DNA from: Micromonas sp.
Taxonomy: Eukaryota
Assembly: GCA_000090985.2 (NCBI GenBank)
Contig: CP001330.1
Coordinates: forward strand, 974,335 to 1,006,334
Direction: 5' to 3'
DNA length: 32,000 nt
Part shown: piece by piece, positions 15,761 through 24,800 of the stretch
Layout of the letters: each line of letters starts with the position of its first letter
Position numbering within the stretch: the stretch's first letter is position 1
The notes under the pieces: model-generated
The model's database searches: none
Seen by the model: the letters and a program-made list of their open reading frames with translations, nothing else
Told to the model about the DNA's origin: nothing
Translations under genes and position numbers: made by a program

Positions 15761-17987
15761 GGCTACCTCGACGACGACCTCGTGCTCCTGAGGCTGCTGC
15801 TCGTGTCGCACGAGCCCGACGTCGTCTTCGTGCCCATACGCGTCGTGGGAACCAAGGACGGGGGATCGAGGCGCGCGAACGCCATCCTCGACGCCCTCAC
15901 CGAGCGCGGCTCCACCGCCGACGACGACGACGACCGCGAAGGCAACCGCGCGGAACACGACGACGACGACGACGACGACGACGACCGCGCGGAAGAAGGC
16001 CGCCGCGCTCCGCGTCGCGCCGACGAAGACGGAAGCCGTCTCCGCAGGGCCATCGTGCCCCTCCCCGCGCACGCCTTCGACCGCATCGACGCCTGCGTCG
16101 GCGCGATACGCGAGGCGTGCGCGCTCCCGGACGACGCCGCCGTCAACGCCAGGGTCGCCCTCGACGCGCCGCTCCAGGTCGCAGCCGCTGGAGCGCTGTG
16201 CGCCGCGCTCCTGGCGAGAGACGTGGTGTTGACAAAAAACAGGACGCGTCAACGACGGGGATCGAACGTGGGACCGAACGGGGGCGACGACGGGGAAGAA
16301 GAAGAAGATAAACGAGCAGCGCACGGCGTCCGAGTGGACCTCGGGGGCACGGGCGGCGGCGGGTCGTGGCGCACCGGGACGCACTCCACGCACGATCCCG
16401 CGGATATTCGAGAGATGTCACTGGGCGGGTACCTACGCATCGACGACGCCGCGAGGGTGGCGCTCGGGATCGAGAGACTCGAGTCCCACCCGTCGCAGTA
16501 CGTCGGCTGCGGCAAGGAGTGGGGCTTATTCGCGCTCGCGGCGGACGCGTGCGTGACACCCGCGGGGCGGCGGACTGTGCGAAATTGGTTTCGCCGACCG
16601 ACGTTGAACCTTCAAAGTTTGAACGATCGCCTCGACGGCGTGGAGTACTTCAAAGACAACCCGGGGGTGCGCGATGACATGCGCGCCATCGCCAGACGGG
16701 GCAGGGACGCGCACGCGGTGCTCGCGTCGATGTCCGCGCGCGTGGACAAGGCGACGCGAGGGGTCGGGGAATGGCGCAGGCTCCACGCGTTTTTGCGATC
16801 CGCTCGCGACTTGCTGGAGTACGTCGAGGAGAGGTTCGTGACGCTCAGGGGTGGGCGGGTCGTGCGGGATGCGCCGCCGTGCGTCGCGCGGTTCATCGCC
16901 GTCGGCGTCGGGGTGCGGGAGCTCGGGCGCGTCATCGCCTCGTGCGTCCACGTCGACGCGCCGCCTCGTCGGGGACGGAGAGCCGATGAGATCAACGATT
17001 TCGACACACCAGCTGGCGAAGATTTCGCAAACGCGGGAGCACACGCAAACACGGGGGGGTTCCCCGCCGCGAGCACGTACGTCCCGTCCGTCAGATCCGG
17101 CGTCTGCGTCGACCTGGACGACGCCCGGGAGATGTACCGACGCCTTCCGGACCTTCTGGAAAAGGTTCGAGAAACAATCGTTCGCGAGATCCCGAGGGTC
17201 CTGAGGGGCCGCGGCGTTGAGGATAACCTCTCGGTGGTGTACCTGCCAAAGACGGGTTTCATGCTGAGGTGCGTCGGCCGCGCGCTCCCGCCGGACATCG
17301 CCGACGAACTCGGCGAGTGCGAGTTCGCCTTTGACAAGTCATCAGACGAGCCTGAACTCGCACTCGCCGCGGACTTTCCCTTGGGCCCGGAAGGAATCCA
17401 AAGCTCCAGGTACTCTGCGTATTACTTCACCGCCGCGACGCGAGAGCTGAGCGACGCCGTCGGCGACGTCCTGTCCGACGTCCACGACCTGGAGGCTTCC
17501 ATCCTGCGCGACCTTCGGAGGAGGGTGCTGAGTAACTCGAGGTTGCTGCGGGACGTCGCGTCGTGCGTGGCGGAGATGGACGCGACGATGTCGCTCGCCG
17601 CGTTTACGTCTTCGGGAAATATGCGTCGACCTATTTTACACGACGGCACCGAGATGAACGTCGTCGGCGCCAGGCACCCGCTGCAGGAGGCGACGCGCGC
17701 GCCAGAGTGCGGGGCGATCGTCCCGAACGATTTCCGATGCGGCGGGTGGGGGACGAACGACGGTTCGAACGGACCGGGCGGTGAGTCACCGGGCGGTGAC
17801 TCACCGGGCGCTTTGTCCAGCGGGCGCATCGCCGTCGTCACCGGTCCGAACCAGTCGGGGAAGAGCGTGTACCTCAAATCAATCGCCGCGTGCGTTTTCC
17901 TGGCGCACGTCGGTTCCTTCGTCCCGGCGGAGAGCGCGTTCATACCCCTGGTGGACCGCGTGTTCACCCGAGTGGGCGCGTCGCGCG

Positions 17988-18018
<31 letters not shown>

Positions 18019-18307
18019 GTCCTTCGCCGCGGATTGCGCGCGGGTGTCGCAGATGTGCAACGGTTGCACCGGTCGGTCGCTGTGCGTCGTCGACGAGTTC
18101 GGCAAGGGGACCGCGACGGCGGACGGCGTCGGGTTGCTGGCGGGGTTCCTGAGGTATCTCGCGCGTTCGCCGACGCCGCCGATCGCGCTCGTCGCCACGC
18201 ACTTCACGGAGTTTGTCCGCGACGAATCAATCGTGCCGACGACGATGAGGCCGATGCAGTTTCTGACGATGCGAATCCACCTGCGCTCGCGTGCCCCGGC
18301 GGCGGCG

Positions 18308-18338
<31 letters not shown>

Positions 18339-18787
18339 AACGCCGCGCGAAGGGGGGAAACGGCGGGAAAGAACCGGCGGGAAAGCGACGAAAGGGCGGC
18401 TGCTGCGACGGGTCATCCGAAGCGCCTGGGTACCGTTCGGCGGGCGAGGACGACTCGGTGGTTTTCCTCTACCGCGCCGTTCCCGGCGTATCGTCGAGGG
18501 CGTACTCGCTGAGGTGCGCGCGCGACGCGGGGCTGCCCGGTTCGGTGCTCGCGAGGTGCGAGGAGCTGGCGGCGATCGACGCGGCGAACGGCGCGGGGGT
18601 CGGCGGCGAAAGGGGAACGAACACAGCTGTGGTCCGCTTGGCGCCCGCGGCTGGCGCGAAGGCGGCGCGCGCGCGCGGGGCGGCGAGGGACCGCGCGGTC
18701 GTCGCCGCGCTCGCGGGTTTGGACCCGACGTGTTCGTTCGAGGACGCGCGCGCGGCGATCGCGGAGGTGACGCGACGAGACGTGTGA
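15761..18787 (+). CDS. MSH5: MSH5, exon 2 (core, clamp and ATPase domains)
   Basis: ..[113 protein letters not shown]. Compare human MSH5 [64 protein letters not shown]. Only this part of the 1575-aa track ORF (14060-18787) is taken as coding. Confidence 0.85.
17774..17810 (+). repeat. 15-nt in-frame tandem repeat CCGGGCGGTGA(G/C)TCA x2.5, carrying the 11-nt palindrome GGTGAGTCACC in both orientations
   Basis: 17780-17790 is GGTGAGTCACC and 17795-17805 is GGTGACTCACC, its exact reverse complement. The segment encodes GGESPGGDSPG. Confidence 0.85.
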
Positions 18788-18832
18788 TTGATCGGGGGCG
18801 GGTGATCGGGGGCGGGTGATTTGGGCGGGCGG
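18788..18832 (+). repeat. G-run tandem repeat (about 14-nt unit GTGATCGGGGGCGG x3) directly after the MSH5 stop codon
   Basis: TTGATCGGGGGCGG GTGATCGGGGGCGG GTGATTTGGGCGGG CGG. There are six or more G3-5 runs within 45 nt. Related GGTGATGACGGGCGG motifs continue to about 18880. Confidence 0.7.
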
Positions 18833-19101
18833 TTTTGACGACGGGCGGCGGTGATGACGGGCGGTGGACGGTGCGCGCGGACGGTGAACCGGTTGACGAC
18901 GACGTCGGCGTTGACGAACACGAACAGACGTGAGCGAAGAGACTGAGACACCGTCGGTTGATCCACGGATCGTCGTTGCTTTTTCTCCTCGCGGGTACCG
19001 GGTACTTGCGGCCAGCTCCTGGAGATCACGGGGAGCGGCGCAGCTCAAGCTCACGAGCGACAGGTAGCAGCACGATTCCACGATTTTACGAGCACACAAT
19101 T

Positions 19102-21372
19102 TTACAAGTTCACAAGAAAGGTCACGCACGCGAGTAGCAGTGCGCCGAGGAGATCACGCGGCGCGTGTGCCGCGTCGTCGTCGTCGGTGACGAGCTTTGG
19201 AGGAGGCGGAGGCGGTGGCGGAGGCGGGACTGGAGATGCGGAGGAGTTCGCCGATGAGGAAGGGTTCGCCGGTGAGGAAGGGTTCGCCGGCGAGGAAGGG
19301 TTCGCCGGTGAGGATGAGTTCGCAGTGCAAGCTGCTGTGTCGGTAAGTGTGCCGGCGCTGCAGGACCTGGTGCCGGACAGGACGTAGCCGGAGTCGCAGC
19401 TGGGGGTGCACGACGAGCCACTCGCCAAAGAGCTGGTGCAGTCGCCGACAGCGCCGTTTACCGGCAGCGAAGATGCATCGCACGGGTTTGGGGAGCACGT
19501 TGCGCTCGTCAGCACCCTGTCCGTGCACGACGTGACGCCCTGCAGCGCGTACCCGGGGTTGCACGTGGGGACGCAAGAATGAAAGTCGGAAAGCGTTTCG
19601 TACACCCCCACGCCGTCCGCATTTAAGGGCGCGAAGATGATCTTGCCGTTGCTCGCCGCCGCGGCTCCGTCGAATTTTTCGTCAGAAGAGATGGTGGCAC
19701 TGATGTCCACCAGCGCGAAGCTGTTGTCGCTCGGGTCGAACACCCCCACGCCGTCCGCATTGAAGGGCGCGAAGATGATCTTGCCGTTGCTCGCCGCCGC
19801 GGCTCCCATGAATTTCGAGTTAGAAGAGACGTTGGCGCTGATGTCCACCGGTATGTTGAAGCTGTGGTCGCTCGGGTCGAACACCCCCACGCCGTACGCC
19901 TTGTAGGGCGCGAAGATGATCTTGCCGTTGCTCGCCGCCGCGGCTCCCGTGAATTTATAGTCATAAGAGAGAGAGGGGCTGATGTCCACCAGTGGTTTGA
20001 ACGGTTGGACGTTGTCGCTCGGGTCGAACACCCCCACGCCGTCCGCATTGTAGGGCGCGAAGATGATCTTGCCGTTGCTCGCCGCCGCGGCTCCCCTGAA
20101 TTTCGAGTTAGAAAAGATGGTGATGTCCACAAGTGCGGTGCTGTTGTTGCTCGGATCGAACACCCCCACGCCGTCCGCATTGTAGGGCGCGAAGATGATC
20201 TTGCCGTTGCTCGCCGCCGCGGCTCCCATGAATTTGAAGGTTGAAGAGATGGTGGCACTGATGTCCACCAGCGCGAAGCTGTTGTCGCTCGGGTCGAACA
20301 CCCCCACGCCGTCCGCATTGAAGGGCGCGAAGATGATCTTGCCGTTGCTCGCCGCCGCGGCTCCCGAGAATTTGTAGTCAGAAGAGATGGTGGCACTGAT
20401 GTTTACCAGCGCGAAGCTGTTGTCGCTCGGGTCGAACACCCCCACGCCGTCCGCATTTAAGGGCGCGAAGATGATCTTGCCGTTGCTCGCCGCCGCGGCT
20501 CCCGAGAATTTCCGGTCAGGATAGATGCTGGAGCCAATGTCCACCAACGAAAAAATGGGTGATCCGCGGGACCATAAAGTATCGGTGCAGTTGCCGAAGT
20601 CGCCGTTGAGGGGCGGGGCGGATGCATCGCAAGCGTTGTCTTTGCGAACCCATGCGGCGGGTGGACCATCGGTTGAGCCTGCCGAGCTCGAGAACGACGT
20701 GAACTCGCTGCAGGCGGAGTGGGAACTGCCAGAACCACAGTTCGTGTATCTCGCTTGCCAGGCGGTGGCGCTATTGAACATGGACCCCATGCTCAAGACC
20801 TTGGAGGTATCCCACGAGCCGATGGCTTGATTGAACGCGGCGGCGCCACGGAACATGTACGCCATGCTCGTGACCTGCGAGGTATCCCACGAGCCGATGG
20901 GTTGATTGAACGCGGCGGCGCCATAGAACATGGACCTCATGTCCGTGACCTGCGAGGTATCCCACGAGCCGATGGCTTGATTGAACGCGGCGGCGTCTCG
21001 GAACATGATACCCATGCCCGTGACCTTGGAGGTATCCCATGAGCCGATGTCTTCGTTGAATGAGCTCGAGTCAAAGGCGACGCCCCCGCACGACGAACTG
21101 GGACAGAACAAGTAGGACATGTCCGTCACGAGGCTCGTGTCCCAGCTGGGCATGTCGTCGCACCCCGCGGCGCCGCATCGCGCCGAGCTCGGGTTCGCGC
21201 AGTTCGGGTCCGTCGAGCAGCATTTGGCCCCCGATGTGACGTTCCCCAAGCAATTTCTTACCGCCGTCTTGAGCGCGTCTCCGTCCGCGAACGGCGCGGC
21301 GACCGCCCCGGGCATGCGCGTGCAACACACGACGCATAACGCGATAAACGCGCGGGACCGTGAGATCCGCAT
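19102..21372 (-). CDS. Secreted or anchored surface protein: DUF285/BspA-like repeats, a seven-fold ~46-aa repeat array, Cys-rich modules, a Pro-rich stalk and a C-terminal hydrophobic anchor
   Basis: Real ATG at 21372 with signal peptide [26 protein letters not shown]. Four 25-aa repeats (F..AAAFNQ.IGSWDTS.VT.M..MF) are characteristic of DUF285. There are seven [29 protein letters not shown] repeats and two C-rich modules (C..C.PGY.L.G..SC). Then come the PANPSS repeats, a P11 run, and the terminal [16 protein letters not shown]. Confidence 0.75.
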   Translation of the reverse strand: MRISRSRAFIALCVVCCTRMPGAVAAPFADGDALKTAVRNCLGNVTSGAKCCSTDPNCANPSSARCGAAGCDDMPSWDTSLVTDMSYLFCPSSSCGGVAFDSSSFNEDIGSWDTSKVTGMGIMFRDAAAFNQAIGSWDTSQVTDMRSMFYGAAAFNQPIGSWDTSQVTSMAYMFRGAAAFNQAIGSWDTSKVLSMGSMFNSATAWQARYTNCGSGSSHSACSEFTSFSSSAGSTDGPPAAWVRKDNACDASAPPLNGDFGNCTDTLWSRGSPIFSLVDIGSSIYPDRKFSGAAAASNGKIIFAPLNADGVGVFDPSDNSFALVNISATISSDYKFSGAAAASNGKIIFAPFNADGVGVFDPSDNSFALVDISATISSTFKFMGAAAASNGKIIFAPYNADGVGVFDPSNNSTALVDITIFSNSKFRGAAAASNGKIIFAPYNADGVGVFDPSDNVQPFKPLVDISPSLSYDYKFTGAAAASNGKIIFAPYKAYGVGVFDPSDHSFNIPVDISANVSSNSKFMGAAAASNGKIIFAPFNADGVGVFDPSDNSFALVDISATISSDEKFDGAAAASNGKIIFAPLNADGVGVYETLSDFHSCVPTCNPGYALQGVTSCTDRVLTSATCSPNPCDASSLPVNGAVGDCTSSLASGSSCTPSCDSGYVLSGTRSCSAGTLTDTAACTANSSSPANPSSPANPSSPANPSSSANSSASPVPPPPPPPPPPKLVTDDDDAAHAPRDLLGALLLACVTFLVNL
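19241..19328 (-). repeat. 18-nt tandem repeat (about 5 units) encoding (S)PANPS
   Basis: The + strand reads GAGGAGTTCGCCGAT GAGGAAGGGTTCGCCGGT GAGGAAGGGTTCGCCGGC GAGGAAGGGTTCGCCGGT GAGGATGAGTTCGCAGTG. Confidence 0.8.
19590..20530 (-). repeat. Seven tandem coding repeats with periods of 132-147 nt (mostly 138)
   Basis: The core GGGCGCGAAGATGATCTTGCCGTTGCTCGCCGCCGCGGCTCC recurs at 19627, 19765, 19906, 20053, 20185, 20323 and 20461. The blocks 19685-19807 and 20243-20365 are identical over 123 nt, and 20381-20503 differs from them at 3 positions. Confidence 0.9.
20760..21075 (-). repeat. Four 75-nt tandem coding repeats (DUF285-type 25-aa units)
   Basis: GGTATCCCA(C/T)GAGCCGATG recurs at 20806, 20881, 20956 and 21031, an exact 75-nt spacing. 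Confidence 0.85.
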
Positions 21373-21834
21373 CCCCCGGGCTCGATCGTCCCCGGGGCGC
21401 TCGCGGCGGTGCGTTCCAGCGTCGACGCGAGGACTTCTTGACCAGCCCTGATTTCTCGGCGGAACCGCCCACTGGCGCGGACTGGCCCGAGGTGCCCGCG
21501 GGTTGCGTGAGCCCAGTTGCGTAGAGCAGTCGAGAGATCAGCTTTGGACGGGAGCGAGGTCACTTGTTCCGGGTACTCGTGGTCCGCGCCGAGGCGCCGG
21601 GGGTCTTTCGAACGCCGCCCCTCGGGTCGCTCCACGCGAAACAGCGCGCGCGATCGCCGCGCGAGACGCACGCGCGGCGCATCAACCCCCACGGCGCGAC
21701 CGAATCGCCGCGCGTCCGGGCGCCGACGCGCAGGGCTCGGGCCATTTTGAATCTATAGACTACCCCTCGTAGCTAGGAGACCTTCGGTCGACGCGCTTCC
21801 GGCCGGTGGCTCGTTCGCATCGCCGGCGTCGACG

Positions 21835-24800
21835 ATGAGCGGCGCGCTCCAGGCGGCGGCGGGGCCATCGTCCGATCGCGCGTCCGTCTTCGCCATGGGC
21901 ACCCTCATGGGCGTCGCCGTCGCGGGCGCCGGCGCGCTCGCTCTCTCCTACTACGCCCGCGCGGAACGCGAGAGATTCGCCGCCGACGCGCGCGAGCGCT
22001 ACGCGCGCGCGTCCCACCGCCGCCACTCCTCCGAGGGCGTCAAGGACGCGTCGCGAGATCGCGCGGGCCGGTATCGACGGTCCGCGGGGATGATCGCCTC
22101 CGCGCACGTCGCGAACATGGCGCGGCAAACCTCCGTGGATGCCCTCGATTCCGACGTAGACGCGCACGAGGTCACGAACGCGCACATGGACGAGTACCAG
22201 ATGATGGCGGAGGAGGCCAACGACCTGATGCGAGCGTCCATCGGCTCGCTCGACGGCGAGCACGCGGCGGCGTTCGCCGACATGGGCGACGTGACCTCGT
22301 CTTCTAAGACGGACGGCGGCGGCGGCGGAGGAGGAGGAGGAGGAGGAGGAGGAGGATCGGGAGGAGGATCGGGAGGAGGCGTCGTCGCCTCGAGAAGGGT
22401 CGTCACCCTCAACCTCCCGGATACGGACGCGGAGACGGACGGCGGCGGCATCGGCAAACACCGCAAAAAGACGCACAGGCGGCACAGCGAAGACCCCAAC
22501 GCCAAGGGATCGCACGCGCACGACGGCAACCTGAGCCGATCGACTCCGAGCCAGCGCAACACGCGAGGGGCGCAGGGTGCCCACTGGGTGCCCAGGTCCC
22601 CGTCCACCGCCGCCGTCAAGGACGGCGTCATCGGAAAGTTGGAGCCCGGCGCGGAGTCGGAGTACACCGAGTTCACCGAAGACGAGTCCGGGAACGACGG
22701 CGATCACCTGATGACGACGCTGACGGTGGTGGACACGCCGCGAGGAGCGCAGGGCGGGGCGCGCGCGACCGAGTTTGACTTTGACGACGGCGGCGTGCGC
22801 GGCCTCTCCGCGTCCAGGCTGTCGCGGCAGGACCTCGCCGCGACCGTCTCCGAGATGGACGAGGAGGAGGGTTTGTCCCTCTCGAATCGGGGCGCGGCGA
22901 TTGCGGGGAGGGTGGGCGAGAAGGAGGAATCGGAGGCTGGGCCGACGCGGCCCAGGCGCTCGTTCACCCGCGCGCTCTCGTTCGGCGACGTCGACGACGA
23001 TGCGGTCGGCGGCGCGGTCGGCGGCGGATCGAACGCCGAGTCGCCCGCGCCGGGAATCGAACCTCCGACCTCCCCCTCCGAGGACGCCGCTCTCGCCGAC
23101 CCCGACACCGCGTTCGGAAAGGGTTCGGGATTATTAACCGGCGCGACGTCGTCCCGGGGCGAGACGCCGTCGTGGGGAATACCCTCGAAGAAGACGTCGT
23201 TCGGGGGCGAAGCTGGCGTTTTCGCGGCTGGGACGCCCGGGACGCCGGACGCCGACTCGAGGGTCATAGACGCCAGCGCGGTTCCGTCGGACGCGAGGGG
23301 CGCTTTCAAAAACGGCCCAAAAACGGCTTCGCGCGACTTCCGGGCCAACGACGAGGAGGTTGGGGTGAACGTGTCCAAGCCGCTCACGCCGAGGCCGTCG
23401 CTGGACGTCCGGGTGGCGCCCCGATCGATCGACGGGGGAAGTCGAGGGCTGGCGGGCAATTCGGCTCATTCGAATCATTCGACTCACGTCCACGCGCGCA
23501 CGGGCGCGGGCGCGGGCACGACGGATACCTCCGCCGAGTACACCTACGGCAGGGTCCTAGCTCCCGAGGAGGAGCTCTCGAGCGAGTGCGAGGAGGTGTG
23601 CCTGATGCTCCGGCACTGCACGCGGCTGCGCGAGCGGTACCTCTTCGTGTCCGAGCTGGAAAAACGTCCGGAGCACGCTCGGGTGGACCCGGACCATTCC
23701 CCGCACTACCCGCACATCTCCGGCGTCGGGTTCGCGCCGAACCCCAGCGCGCCGAGCTCGCCTCGAGCCCCGCCGCGGGAGCTCAGCTTCAACGACTCGG
23801 TAAATAACACGCACAAGAGGGAGGGAGGGGACGAGAAGGGTTCAGGCGGTGAGTCACCGGGCGAAGCGAGCCGCGCTCCCCGGGGAAGCGCCGTGGTCAC
23901 CGGTAAGGTGGACATCGTCCCCGACGACGAGCTCCCCGGTCCGTCCAACCACGTCTTCGAGATGATCGCCGGCGTGATGCACGTGTACGAGGAAAAGACG
24001 GCGGGCGGCGGCGTTCGTGGAACGCGGCGGGGCGTCGCGGGCGGCGGCGGGGGCGTTCGGTCCAAAGGGTCCGACCGATCGACGAATGGCGGCGGCGGCG
24101 GGGGCGACGTCAGCAGCGGCGCCGACGACGAGGGTTCCGACGGCGACGGCACCCGGACGCTGCTCTTCGCGCCGCCCGCGACGGCGACGGAGTTTTTCCA
24201 CGACATGCACGCCATCCTGCGCGTGCACTCCTACGGCCCAAGCAAGTCGTTCTGCCACAAGAGGCTCAACCTCACGGAGCAGAAATTTTCGCTGCACGTC
24301 ATGCTCAACGCGGACAGGGAGTTTATGGCGCAGAAGGAGGCGCCGCACCGCGATTTCTACAACGTTCGTAAGGTGGACACCCACGTGCACCACAGCGCGT
24401 GCATGAACCAGAAGCACCTGCTGCGTTTCATCAAGGCGAAGCTGAAGCGCGAGCCGCACGAGCAGGTCATCTATCGCGACGGCAAATTTCTCAACCTTCG
24501 CGAGGTTTTCGAGTCTATCAACCTGAGCTCCTACGACCTCAACGTCGACACGCTGGACATGCACGCGGACAAGAACACGTTCCACAGGTTCGACAGGTTT
24601 AACCTCAAGTACAACCCGTGCGGACAGTCCCGGCTCCGCGAGGTTTTCATCAAGCAGGATAACCTGATCCGAGGGCGGTTCCTGGCCGAGGTGACGAAGG
24701 AGGTCATCTCCGATCTCGAGGCGGCGAAGTATCAGATGGCCGAGTACCGCATATCCATCTACGGCCGCCGCGCCGCGGAGTGGGACACGCTCGCGTCGTG

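Noticed and set aside
17781-17820. A 40-nt GTGAGT...TCCAG segment in MSH5 as a mini-intron
   Set aside because: Its length is not a multiple of three, and the conserved Walker A region downstream is in the same frame as the upstream conserved sequence. Removal would therefore destroy the protein. It is also too short for a typical intron here.
19590-20530. A regularly spaced repeat array that superficially resembles a CRISPR array or a satellite
   Set aside because: The repeats are in frame within one long ORF. The apparent spacers encode the variable strand of each protein repeat. The genomic context is eukaryotic, with spliceosomal introns and an intron-bearing tRNA. No cas genes are present.
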